A stretch of DNA of 64,000 bases. Origin: a virus. The translations under genes and the position numbers were made by a program. The stretch is taken from IMG/VR virus record IMGVR_UViG_3300017917_005108, positions 32,001 through 96,000 of that record. One strand, given 5' to 3'. The notes beneath the pieces are model-generated. The model had not been told where the DNA came from. It made no database searches and was given only the letters and a program-made list of their open reading frames with translations. Each line of letters opens with the position of its first letter. Positions within the stretch are counted from its first letter, which is position 1. Below, piece after piece: positions 42,492 through 51,415 of the stretch.

Positions 42492-42903
42492 ATCCTATTA
42501 TTATCAGGAAAAGCTTACGGGCGTCAAATACTTTCTTATTTATTTTCAAGATAGTTAGAAAATTATCATAAAGCTTCATGCTACTCTCAAAGCTCTTGCA
42601 AATGTTGTCTAAATTTTCATTAATAATGTCTTGTTTCTCCACTTCAACATATGACTCTTTGAGAGTATTCTTTATAAAGGTGGTATAAAGGTAGAATACA
42701 TTTTTTATAAATGTAGCATCATCATTATTAGACGATTTATAAAAATTAAAGCCAAGATCAAAATACTTCTTGAGATCTGATGGTACTGCATCAGAAACAG
42801 TGTCAAGTAGTTTTGCTGTGTCTAGTACTGGCGGTTTTTGAGGGTTGAGAGGAGATGAAGCAACCTCTGTTGTAATTGCTTCAATACTGTTGTTTGATTG
42901 CAT
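42460..42903 (-). CDS. hypothetical protein
   Basis: ORF overlapping neighbours. Confidence 0.55.
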   Translation of the reverse strand: MQSNNSIEAITTEVASSPLNPQKPPVLDTAKLLDTVSDAVPSDLKKYFDLGFNFYKSSNNDDATFIKNVFYLYTTFIKNTLKESYVEVEKQDIINENLDNICKSFESSMKLYDNFLTILKINKKVFDARKLFLIIIGYAISNVQKSN

Positions 42904-43309
42904 TTGTTAAAATATCTGGCTTAGTTGTATCGGTATCAAGAATTGGTTCTGTTGCTATAGCTGTATAAGCATCAGCAAAAACGGATACTGTCTTGTTGCA
43001 TTCTCTACATTTATATTTGTTCTCTGTATTAAATCTAAAGGGTATAATATCTCTAATCTTCTCATGACAAGGGCACTCCACTACAACACCTTGGTAGGAA
43101 AATTCTTTTATCCTTTCGTTTTCTAGCTTTTTGTTTTGAAGGTTTATATATGCATTTACAAACTGTGATATTGCATAACTAAAGATAAATTGAAATGAAG
43201 CACCAAACGCTAATCCAAAAATAAAGTTTAACCCAAAATGGCTGAAAATACAACCAAAGGCAATTGTAAGAAATACAAATAAACTGGCTCTAAATATAAC
43301 TGACCCCAT
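42881..43309 (-). CDS. membrane protein with Zn-ribbon-like CxC...CxxC
   Basis: Two hydrophobic N-terminal segments; CPC and CREC. Confidence 0.6.
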   Translation of the reverse strand: MGSVIFRASLFVFLTIAFGCIFSHFGLNFIFGLAFGASFQFIFSYAISQFVNAYINLQNKKLENERIKEFSYQGVVVECPCHEKIRDIIPFRFNTENKYKCRECNKTVSVFADAYTAIATEPILDTDTTKPDILTNAIKQQY

Positions 43310-43701
43310 TAACTAATATTAACGGTAATTTTTAAATTATCAAGGCTATTTACTGCTTTAGTTATTGATTTGGAAGCATCTTCTAAACTTTTCAAAGCTT
43401 CTTGTAGGTTTTGAGCATTATTGTCTTCACTAAAAATAGGAAAAGAGTTGGAGTTTTTAACCAAACTTAAAGCTATACTTAAATTAGCAATTACTGTTCC
43501 TAAAGAAGGAATTAGATTGGGTAATGGATATGGTAATGCATTATTGTTAACTACTTTATTAGGATACTGATCAGATTCATTTGGTCTTCCTAGCAAATCC
43601 CTTAAAAAAACCTTTTGGGCATTAAATTCTCTTGAAGCTATACCTTGTACCCATTTATTATAATTCATTACAGAATCTTCGTTAATAACGGTATTATTCA
43701 C
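43309..43701 (-). CDS. late hypothetical protein
   Basis: GTG start 5 nt after TAAATA (43707-43712). Confidence 0.6.
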   Translation of the reverse strand: MNNTVINEDSVMNYNKWVQGIASREFNAQKVFLRDLLGRPNESDQYPNKVVNNNALPYPLPNLIPSLGTVIANLSIALSLVKNSNSFPIFSEDNNAQNLQEALKSLEDASKSITKAVNSLDNLKITVNIS

Positions 43702-43733
43702 AGAAATATTTAATCAAACAAATAAATAATTGT

Positions 43734-44156
43734 ATGGAATTGTTTAAAAAGGCGTTTAGCCTATCTTTAGAAGCTGTTGATAATGATGTAGAAGATATTG
43801 AAGCTGCTGGTAAAGCAGCAGCACCTTCTAGTGATAAAGAAGCTATGGCACAAAAGCTAGATACAGCAAAGCCAAATGATTTTGATGTAAAAGGAACTAC
43901 AGTTACAAATGTAGATGCTATTAAGAGAGAGCAGCAAGTAAAGCTTAAGAATTGGATAGGAAAGATAGATGAATTTATAGAATACTTGAATGGTACTAAT
44001 AATGATTCTATTCAAACTCAATTGCATTCCGCTGTATGTGAAACAATGTTTCAAGATATAGCTAGAAGTGAGAAAAAGAAAATAGCTAGATTAGCAGCAG
44101 AATTAAGCTCTTTAAGTGAGTCATTAAAGGGCTATCTTATCTCTTCCAACGATTAA
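43734..44156 (+). CDS. late hypothetical protein (candidate head protein)
   Basis: TAAATA 5 nt upstream. Confidence 0.6.
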   Translation: MELFKKAFSLSLEAVDNDVEDIEAAGKAAAPSSDKEAMAQKLDTAKPNDFDVKGTTVTNVDAIKREQQVKLKNWIGKIDEFIEYLNGTNNDSIQTQLHSAVCETMFQDIARSEKKKIARLAAELSSLSESLKGYLISSND

Positions 44157-45180
44157 TATCTACCATTAGAAGGTCAGCCTTCAAACCAGAGTAGGAATTC
44201 TCTTTTATAAAGTCTGGTGAAATACTATCTAGGTTTTTTGCTATACAGTATTCATTAATATCCTTAAATGTCTTACCCATTTTTTCTGGCCATATAAAAA
44301 CAGTACACCCTTTATCTATAAGTTTTTTTGTCTTCTTTCTACTAGCACTATCATTCCACTGACTGTCGAGTACCCATATTTTTTTATATAGTTTAAAGTC
44401 ATTAATCTGCTCTTCTTGTATCTTAGTAAAGGTATTAGAACTATTTTCTTGAACACCTGCAACTGCAGTACCATTTTTAATAAAAAATGAATCAATTGGA
44501 CCTTCAAATATAAAAATAGAATCTAAATTTGAACTAATATTGTTGATATTATAGAGAGATTTATCACTATTTACTTTTGAGAGATATTTGGGATAAAGAC
44601 GTGTATCGTCATTTAGTATTGTACGTGATTGATAAAATACAATATTATTATTTTTATCATAGAAAGGTATTACTAGTCTGTTTTTATGAACTCTATCAGT
44701 GAGAGAAATCCAAAGGGTTTTAGGTTTGTTTATAGCAGTATCGAGTCTTCTTTTTTTAATTAGTTTGATAGCTTCACTGACAATAGAGTTATCTTTATAA
44801 TAATTTACTTGCTGTTCATCAAAAAGATTAATTGAGTCTTTAGGAAGGGTATCTGTAATAATTTTCTTTTGGGTATCAGGTTTTTCTAGAAGTAGATCTA
44901 ACGGTAATATATCATAGTTTTTAGATTCTTCATATATTTCTTTTGGTGTTAACCCTGCAACAGTTTCAATCCATTTAGATGGGTTACTATGCCAGCCACA
45001 ATTATGACAGCATATATAATTTTTCTCTATAATAAAATAGCATCTGCGCTTTCTACCCCATGACTTGCCTTCTCTACAGATAGGGCAGCCAGCTTCGTAT
45101 ACATTGGTTATCTTTTTAAATTTTGGATAGCCAGCGTATTGATAGAACTTTTGAACTACATAGTCCTTAGGTAGAATCAC
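44137..45180 (-). CDS. gp61: DNA primase gp61-like
   Basis: CPIC...CHNCG Zn finger, RLVIPF, FEGPIDS TOPRIM, KDINE. Confidence 0.93.
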   Translation of the reverse strand: MILPKDYVVQKFYQYAGYPKFKKITNVYEAGCPICREGKSWGRKRRCYFIIEKNYICCHNCGWHSNPSKWIETVAGLTPKEIYEESKNYDILPLDLLLEKPDTQKKIITDTLPKDSINLFDEQQVNYYKDNSIVSEAIKLIKKRRLDTAINKPKTLWISLTDRVHKNRLVIPFYDKNNNIVFYQSRTILNDDTRLYPKYLSKVNSDKSLYNINNISSNLDSIFIFEGPIDSFFIKNGTAVAGVQENSSNTFTKIQEEQINDFKLYKKIWVLDSQWNDSASRKKTKKLIDKGCTVFIWPEKMGKTFKDINEYCIAKNLDSISPDFIKENSYSGLKADLLMVDINRWKR

Positions 45181-45186
45181 ACTTCT

Positions 45187-45214
45187 ATTATACTAGAAAT
45201 TACAACAAAGTAAA
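45187..45214 (-). promoter_or_regulatory. sigma70-like promoter TTTACT-N16-TATAAT, GTG 6 nt downstream
   Basis: Read directly. Confidence 0.7.
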
Positions 45215-45215
45215 C

Positions 45216-45404
45216 TTATTTCTTTTCTGGAGGAGGCAAATCTCTCACAGAGACAACGCCTTTTTGAATAAAAGCACCACTTGCTGGATCAATCCATTCA
45301 GCTTCTGTAATTTCCTTCTGTCCGCGAATGTAAGTACGTAGTCTAGGTTTTACAGGCTGACCGCTAATCGGTGAATTTATGATTTTTGGCTGAACCATAT
45401 TCAT
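45216..45404 (-). CDS. small hypothetical protein
   Basis: 62-aa ORF filling the gap in an operon. Confidence 0.55.
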   Translation of the reverse strand: MNMVQPKIINSPISGQPVKPRLRTYIRGQKEITEAEWIDPASGAFIQKGVVSVRDLPPPEKK

Positions 45405-45408
45405 ATAA

Positions 45409-45699
45409 CTATTTACTCTCTAATGCAGGAATTCTATACTCAGAAATGTTTTTATTATATTGTAATTTGCAGATATTATAGACTTTTTTAGGCAATCTTT
45501 CAACTATGTCAATTATTTTGCTATCTAGACCAAGCTTAAATTTGTCTGTAGGTACCGTTCTAATTTTCATATCTGGAAGAGATAGAAAGTAATACATATC
45601 TCCTTTTTTTTCAATATGCACAAAAAGTTCACCTAGGTACGTGCCTTTTGTAATAGCGTACACAGTGCCTTCTTTAGGATGTTTTTTTGAAAAAATCAT
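45409..45699 (-). CDS. hypothetical protein
   Basis: ATGA-coupled ORF. Confidence 0.55.
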   Translation of the reverse strand: MIFSKKHPKEGTVYAITKGTYLGELFVHIEKKGDMYYFLSLPDMKIRTVPTDKFKLGLDSKIIDIVERLPKKVYNICKLQYNKNISEYRIPALESK

Positions 45700-46544
45700 A
45701 AATTAGCTTTAAGCTGTTTTACTGCTTGTTCTACTGAACTAAATGTATCAGATAAACTATAACCTATGTTAGAAATTTTAGTTGAAGATAGTACGCAGTT
45801 TGATCTGCCAGCTATAATATTAAGGTCTTTTATTTCCACAAATCTCCAATTAGGGTTAACAAGATTATTCTTTTTAAATATTTCAATAATTTGTTGAGCA
45901 TTAATTTTCTGTGAATTAACTACATTAAAGATACCTGGATAAAACTTGTTAATCATTTTGTATATAAAGTTGCAAAGATCATTGACATTAGTCAAGCTAT
46001 TATCAAAACTAATTAGATCGTTATACTTATATAATTTATAGAGATAGTTTTTATTCTCAGGGTTACCGTCAAAAGGCATTCTAATTCTAAGTATAGAAGA
46101 GTTTGTGAAGTCAAATATGGTTTCAAGAATATGCTTTGTCTTTGAATAAAAACTTGAATCGGGATTAAAGAGGCCAAAATTAGGAATGTCATTTTCTGTA
46201 AACTGTTTCTCGTACCCAGTATATATACACCCACTAGATACACATATATGATTAATCTTATACTCTGTACAGAGCTTGTTAATTAATAGACCTATTTTTA
46301 CGTTATAATAATAACACAATTCTTTATTTGACTCACATCCATCTACATTAGGCGATCCTGTATATCCACTGCAATTAACTACACAGTCAAAAACACCATT
46401 AGAAAGTATTCTTCTCAATTCAGATTCAGAAGTATAATCTAAGATTTTTTGTGAATATGCTGTTACTACAACATTCTTTTCTTCTAGAAATGTCTTAAGT
46501 TTTGAGCCTATATAGCCAAGGCCTAAAATAAGTACTCGAGGCAT
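45696..46544 (-). CDS. NDP-4-keto-6-deoxyhexose 3,5-epimerase/4-reductase (NRS/ER, RmlD-related SDR)
   Basis: GLGYIG, TGSPNVDGCESNK, SSGCIY, FYSKTK, LRIRMP. Confidence 0.8.
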   Translation of the reverse strand: MPRVLILGLGYIGSKLKTFLEEKNVVVTAYSQKILDYTSESELRRILSNGVFDCVVNCSGYTGSPNVDGCESNKELCYYYNVKIGLLINKLCTEYKINHICVSSGCIYTGYEKQFTENDIPNFGLFNPDSSFYSKTKHILETIFDFTNSSILRIRMPFDGNPENKNYLYKLYKYNDLISFDNSLTNVNDLCNFIYKMINKFYPGIFNVVNSQKINAQQIIEIFKKNNLVNPNWRFVEIKDLNIIAGRSNCVLSSTKISNIGYSLSDTFSSVEQAVKQLKANL

Positions 46545-46550
46545 TAGAAT

Positions 46551-46578
46551 AGTTTAAAGTATAAAAAAACTATATCAA
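46551..46578 (-). promoter_or_regulatory. sigma70-like promoter TTGATA-N16-TAAACT, ATG 6 nt downstream
   Basis: -35 box contains the upstream gene's TGA stop. Confidence 0.7.
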
Positions 46579-46895
46579 CTATCTTCTCTATTATTACAAT
46601 GTATAAAGAATTTATTAACTAACGTAGCAAGAGAATCGGCTTCTTGCTGATTGTGTGCAGATATAATATTGATTGGCTCACCGTTTTCAGTATAACCTAA
46701 AATAATAAAACAGTTTAAAAACTCTTGAATAGTGTTAGTTAATGCTTCTAGATCTTTACGCTTCTCAACCTTTTCTTTAAGCTTTCCAGATAGAAAATTA
46801 TAAATCGCTTTGTTTGTAAGTTCTTTTACTTCTTCGTGTTTTGAAGGGTCAAAGTCGTTTAAATCACTTTGCGAGTTCTTTTGGTTCTTCTTCAT
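46575..46895 (-). CDS. hypothetical protein
   Basis: TAAATA (46902-46907) 6 nt upstream, inside previous gene. Confidence 0.6.
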   Translation of the reverse strand: MKKNQKNSQSDLNDFDPSKHEEVKELTNKAIYNFLSGKLKEKVEKRKDLEALTNTIQEFLNCFIILGYTENGEPINIISAHNQQEADSLATLVNKFFIHCNNREDS

Positions 46896-47247
46896 TTAAA
46901 GTATTTAATGATCTATTACTGCTATATCTGTTTTTTCCAGGGTAGTCAGAATTACAAATACCATGTTTTATAAGAAAATCTACAACTACTTGCATACTGT
47001 CAGTCTTTAGGTAGAAGTTCTTTGGTATATTAACACCACCGTCATCTAATTCAAAAAGCGTTTCACCAATTTCTGTTTTATTTGTATAACAAGTACAAAT
47101 AACAGAGTTAAAGCTAGGATTTATCATTACTGTCCATCTTCTAGGATCTGCCTTGCTATATACAGAGAATAATCTTATTACAACAAAACCATTATCTCTA
47201 AGTCTTTTGATAAAATACCCTGGTGTTCTTAATTTATTTTTTGACAT
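46864..47247 (-). CDS. hypothetical protein
   Basis: Starts 1 nt after clamp stop. Confidence 0.6.
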   Translation of the reverse strand: MSKNKLRTPGYFIKRLRDNGFVVIRLFSVYSKADPRRWTVMINPSFNSVICTCYTNKTEIGETLFELDDGGVNIPKNFYLKTDSMQVVVDFLIKHGICNSDYPGKNRYSSNRSLNTLNEEEPKELAK

Positions 47248-47248
47248 A

Positions 47249-47980
47249 TTAATTAGCTAATGCTGAAACAATAAACTTAATATCTGTATTAGGTAGGTTT
47301 GTTTCAAACACATATACTCCTATTTTTGTAGAAAATGAACATTTTAAGTCTTTGAATCTCATAGAAGAAATTATTCTAAAAATTTCAAAGTTCAACGGCG
47401 TGGGTATGGCTAGCTGTGGCCCAGTATAATCAGAAGAAATCTGTAGACCATATGAGTCTACATTTGGCCTTGTCTTGTCTGTTAATTCACCAGTAACAAA
47501 ATTATCCTTAAAGCTAAGATATATCTTATTAGTATCTGTGGCTATAGAACTTCCTTTAATTAACTTAATCAAATCTGCATACGTAAGAGTGAATTTACCG
47601 TCAAACTGCAGGTTATTAAGTTTATCCATGCTAAGTTTTGGTACAGTAATAATGCCGTTCTCAAACAAATGGTATTTAAATCTGACATCTGCAGATTTGT
47701 AAGATAGAGAATTATTATCAAGCGTTAACTCAATACTATCTTTATCAATAACTGAAATAATACGTGTAAGCTTTGATAGGTCAGGTATATTAAGCGTTGT
47801 ATCGACTAGCTCGTCTTCTGTGGTATACTGTGCATTTAATATAATTGTATTATCTGAGGTTGAGATAAGTGTTGAGATTTTTTTATCTTTTAGCTTAAAG
47901 ACAGCGCTATTAGTAACCTTGCTTACTGGTATTAGAAAGTTATTTAAAAACCCGTTTCTATCTTTAACTGAAACAATCAT
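47249..47980 (-). CDS. gp45: sliding clamp (gp45/PCNA-fold)
   Basis: 243 aa, LNIPDLSKL motif, beta-rich, near SSB. Confidence 0.7.
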   Translation of the reverse strand: MIVSVKDRNGFLNNFLIPVSKVTNSAVFKLKDKKISTLISTSDNTIILNAQYTTEDELVDTTLNIPDLSKLTRIISVIDKDSIELTLDNNSLSYKSADVRFKYHLFENGIITVPKLSMDKLNNLQFDGKFTLTYADLIKLIKGSSIATDTNKIYLSFKDNFVTGELTDKTRPNVDSYGLQISSDYTGPQLAIPTPLNFEIFRIISSMRFKDLKCSFSTKIGVYVFETNLPNTDIKFIVSALAN

Positions 47981-47987
47981 TTAAACT

Positions 47988-48015
47988 ATTCTAAAATAAA
48001 ATTTTAGAAGATCAA
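47988..48015 (-). promoter_or_regulatory. sigma70-like promoter TTGATC-N16-TAGAAT, ATG 7 nt downstream
   Basis: -35 box contains upstream TGA stop. Confidence 0.7.
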
Positions 48016-48464
48016 CTGTCTTGATTGCTCAGAATCTTATCCAGCTTGTTCTCTAATGATTCTACTTTAACTAAAAGTTTGTCGACAATATTATAAATTT
48101 TCTGCGCTGTTGCACTGTTATCAAAATCAAACTCCAATTGATTACTATCTACTCCTGGTTGTTGATATGTAATATTAGCGCTTTGTTCTATAATATTATT
48201 ATTTGGTTGTTGATAGATTGTTGCAGCAGGTTGAACGTAAGCTGAGGGTTGAGATTGCTGTCTAGGTACAGAAATCTGTACACTTTGACGGGGTACAGGA
48301 ATAGACTTAACAACCTCTACCGGGTTCATAGTTAACCCTTGTAATGTTGGGTTTTTGTCTATAACTCTACTATCAAGATCTTTAAGAGCACCTAAGTTTT
48401 GACCAATAAATTGAATAGTGGCCAATCTTACTTCTTCAGCTGTAGGTTCTCTAAATGCTGTCAT
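48012..48464 (-). CDS. hypothetical protein, Gln-rich linker and C-terminal coiled coil
   Basis: ORF between SSB and clamp. Confidence 0.6.
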   Translation of the reverse strand: MTAFREPTAEEVRLATIQFIGQNLGALKDLDSRVIDKNPTLQGLTMNPVEVVKSIPVPRQSVQISVPRQQSQPSAYVQPAATIYQQPNNNIIEQSANITYQQPGVDSNQLEFDFDNSATAQKIYNIVDKLLVKVESLENKLDKILSNQDS

Positions 48465-48466
48465 TA

Positions 48467-49333
48467 TTATAGATCTTCAAGCAGTTTCTGTAAAGATTCA
48501 TCTTCTGCAGTTGAAGTGCTAGATGGCTTAGTAGTCTCAACCTTTACAGCTTCTGTCTTCGGTGTAGGAAGACTAGCATTTTTAGTCTTTGCTGATTCGT
48601 CTTTTTCAACTACATCAACATCTACGTTGCAATGATAATGCTTGCTGAGTAGATCTTTTAATTCATCATACGACTTAACAGTAAGGTATGATTCAAGATC
48701 AAATACACTGTTATAAATCTTGCTATATGAATCTTCATCTAGACCTTCAACTTCTTTAGGGGAGGTAAACTTAGAGGAAACATATGTAGGATAGTCACCC
48801 TGCTTTTCTACCTTAATCTTAAAGTTTACGCCTTTAGGGCTTAAATCAAAAATACGAGGGCCAAGTTCTTCTGCTTCTTCACCCTGCATTGCATCCATAA
48901 TAATCTTATGAAGCTGGCGACCAAAACGAAGAATTTTAACTTTATTGTTATTCTCTTCGTTCACTGGGTCATTGATAACATAACAGTTAACAAGCCAACG
49001 CTCTGTACGTACAATGCCTTTTGCCTTTTCCTTCTCCTTATCAGTACCGTTTCTTAAGATTCTATAACGCTCCTCAGCAATAGGATCACGCTGATTCCAG
49101 GTGGTAGGGCTTACTGCAGTAATAAGCTGACCAGTAGAAAAGCTATTCCAGCCATAGGAATAGTAGTGCAAAAAGGTTTTAGTAGGATCCTTGGTAAAGG
49201 GTAGAAGTCTAACCGTATAAGTATTGCCTACCTCAGTGCGTAAAAAGTCCTTAATCTTATTTGAACTATTGCTAGTTTCTTTAGTGAGAGCCGATCTAAT
49301 GCTTTCAAACATCGAGTTGGTAATGGAATTCAT
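48467..49333 (-). CDS. gp32: single-stranded DNA-binding protein gp32-like
   Basis: VRLLP, DPI, YVINDP...KVKILRFG, IFDL...GVNFKIK...YPTYVSSKF, acidic tail. Confidence 0.88.
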   Translation of the reverse strand: MNSITNSMFESIRSALTKETSNSSNKIKDFLRTEVGNTYTVRLLPFTKDPTKTFLHYYSYGWNSFSTGQLITAVSPTTWNQRDPIAEERYRILRNGTDKEKEKAKGIVRTERWLVNCYVINDPVNEENNNKVKILRFGRQLHKIIMDAMQGEEAEELGPRIFDLSPKGVNFKIKVEKQGDYPTYVSSKFTSPKEVEGLDEDSYSKIYNSVFDLESYLTVKSYDELKDLLSKHYHCNVDVDVVEKDESAKTKNASLPTPKTEAVKVETTKPSSTSTAEDESLQKLLEDL

Positions 49334-49339
49334 ATTAAA

Positions 49340-49367
49340 ATAATAGTATATAGAGAGATAATATCAA
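49340..49367 (-). promoter_or_regulatory. sigma70-like promoter TTGATA-N16-TATTAT, ATG 6 nt downstream
   Basis: -35 box contains upstream TGA stop. Confidence 0.7.
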
Positions 49368-50005
49368 GCATTTTCTTTAATTTTTTTTATACCTTGTTCT
49401 ACAAAAACTTTACACTTTTTAGAATTTAGAAACTTTACCTTAAAAGTGTCAAAATTATTAACAAAATCCTCACCAAGCATAAATCTAACTACTTCTAAAT
49501 CTGATTTTTTAAAATTTTTTTCAAATGTATTAAAACCAAATAATGAATAAATGTTAATTTTTCTTTCTTTTAAGTGTATTAAGAAATAATGTAAATTGTT
49601 AGATACTTTATCAGTATATAGTTCTAATGGAATGTTTTCTTTACTGCAAAACTCTCTTATAAAAAGAAGAGAATTTTTTGTAAAAGCTAACTGTTCATCT
49701 GAATCGGGGTCAAGCTTTTCTCTTTGTTTTTGTACAATTGTATATGCTTTAGTAGCTTTTAATGTAGAGAAGTGTTTAAGATCTAAAAACGGCGAATCTT
49801 TATACACAATAAATGATGCACTAAAAAAATCTTCAGGCTTAACTTCTTTATTTCTATTGAAGAAATTAACTATCTTTTTCAAATATACAAATGCTTCGTC
49901 GTTTAAAGTAGAAAAATCTTTTCTAAGCTTATAAGGCTTATTATTATTTGATCTTAAGACTTTTAGATATGTGTTGTATATGTACTTGTCGAAATCTGTT
50001 ACCAT
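49364..50005 (-). CDS. hypothetical protein, possibly gp59-like helicase loader
   Basis: Basic 213-aa helical protein directly upstream of gp32, the T4 position of gene 59. Confidence 0.4.
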   Translation of the reverse strand: MVTDFDKYIYNTYLKVLRSNNNKPYKLRKDFSTLNDEAFVYLKKIVNFFNRNKEVKPEDFFSASFIVYKDSPFLDLKHFSTLKATKAYTIVQKQREKLDPDSDEQLAFTKNSLLFIREFCSKENIPLELYTDKVSNNLHYFLIHLKERKINIYSLFGFNTFEKNFKKSDLEVVRFMLGEDFVNNFDTFKVKFLNSKKCKVFVEQGIKKIKENA

Positions 50006-50208
50006 TTATAATACTTCCACTTGTTCCTAAGAACTTGTGGCTTTATCTTTTTCAGCATGCTTGGTTTGAGGTATGTACGTTTAAGGCGAAGCTCTTCCAT
50101 AATAAAAGATCTGCTTACTTCGCTTGAAAACTTTTTTAACATTCTTTCAAAATATTCTTTATCAGAACATCTTTCTTTCTTTAATTTTACTTCGGCTTTT
50201 ATAATCAT
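49999..50208 (-). CDS. rpsU: ribosomal protein bS21-like
   Basis: 69 aa, basic; FERMLKKFSSEVSRSFIMEELRLKRTYLKPS matches bS21 pattern (E-x-x-L-R/K-R/K-F...I-x-x-E-x-R-x-x-x-x-Y-x-K-P-S). Confidence 0.72.
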   Translation of the reverse strand: MIIKAEVKLKKERCSDKEYFERMLKKFSSEVSRSFIMEELRLKRTYLKPSMLKKIKPQVLRNKWKYYKW

Positions 50209-50480
50209 ATTGAGTTAAAGTTTTTGGAATTTATAAATTTCATTATATATTTACTCTTATACAATGTTGAATCAAATTGTAAAAAGTACTTAAGAGCATA
50301 GTAGTCATTTTTAAAGTCGCAATAATTCTTTAAAAGATCTCTGAATTTTTTATTTTTTAGTACAAGTAAGAATACATTAGCTAGATTCAATTTTTTTGTA
50401 TCAAGTAGTGTACAGAATGTACAGAAAGACAAGAAAAGATGATTTACTTCGTAGTGTGTTATTTTTTCTGATGGGTCCAT
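50205..50480 (-). CDS. hypothetical protein
   Basis: Coupled ORF. Confidence 0.55.
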   Translation of the reverse strand: MDPSEKITHYEVNHLFLSFCTFCTLLDTKKLNLANVFLLVLKNKKFRDLLKNYCDFKNDYYALKYFLQFDSTLYKSKYIMKFINSKNFNSI

Positions 50481-50481
50481 T

Positions 50482-51384
50482 TTAGTTTACCGGATAAAGA
50501 AGTTTTGTAATGTTAAGGAAGTTATCATTAACAGTTCCACCTGCTACAAATGCATCACCACCTCCATTAAAAAGTTTTTTAGCAAAATTTCCTAAATGAA
50601 CATCTACGCTTTTCTTTTTTCTTATACTTAGATTATTTGTTTTTAAATTTACACTTATTACTATATCACAATTATACTTGTCAATCACCATTCTACATAT
50701 CTCTGAAGGGTGTAGCTCGTTAAATGTACTGCATACAGAATACTGCTTACCGCCAATTTTTAAATCGCCCTTAAAAATTTTCAAAGAATTAAAGTGTTCA
50801 TTTAGTTCATCGGTACATATTTTTACAAGAGACTGCTGACCTGTAGTAAATTTAGTAAAGCCATTACTAAACAAGTTATAAAAAGCTTTTGCTTTTTCAC
50901 CTACTAGTGTCCAATACAAGCAATTAAGCTGTAGTGTTTCAGGAAATTTTAGCTCATAGCTATCATAGTCGTCAATTAAAATTAATAACTTCTTTTGTTC
51001 GGGTGTGAGCGGTGTTTTAAATTTTTCTTTTAATTTTTTATAAATTAAGATAGTACAGCTTGAATATTCCTGTGATTCATTTTTAAGGTTTTTTGTGATT
51101 ATATCTTTTTCAGATGAAATAATTCTGTGGTTAATGTAGACTACATTAGGCAAATCTATAATATCTTTACAGCTTTCAATAACAGCTAAATCGCAAATAT
51201 AAATTTTTTTATATTCGTCTTTATTTTTTAACTGTGAAAATTCGTCTCTAAATTTTTTTTCTGTTGTTTGTATAACTTTAAAATCTTTACCAATAAAATT
51301 TCTAAACACATAGTACACACCTGCGCCATCTAAGTCTATATCTGTAAATAGAACTATACTAGGATTAGATGAGGTCTCCACCAT
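50482..51384 (-). CDS. DHH/DHHA1-family protein with degenerate catalytic motifs
   Basis: TDIDLDG, ICDL, INHR (for DHH), IDDYDS, GGGDAFVAGG (for GGGHxxAAG). Confidence 0.75.
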   Translation of the reverse strand: MVETSSNPSIVLFTDIDLDGAGVYYVFRNFIGKDFKVIQTTEKKFRDEFSQLKNKDEYKKIYICDLAVIESCKDIIDLPNVVYINHRIISSEKDIITKNLKNESQEYSSCTILIYKKLKEKFKTPLTPEQKKLLILIDDYDSYELKFPETLQLNCLYWTLVGEKAKAFYNLFSNGFTKFTTGQQSLVKICTDELNEHFNSLKIFKGDLKIGGKQYSVCSTFNELHPSEICRMVIDKYNCDIVISVNLKTNNLSIRKKKSVDVHLGNFAKKLFNGGGDAFVAGGTVNDNFLNITKLLYPVN

Positions 51385-51387
51385 CTT

Positions 51388-51415
51388 ATCTTATATAAAG
51401 GAAGACCTAAATCAA
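51388..51415 (-). promoter_or_regulatory. sigma70-like promoter TTGATT-N16-TAAGAT
   Basis: ATG 3 nt and in-frame GTG 6 nt downstream; -35 box contains helicase TGA stop. Confidence 0.6.
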
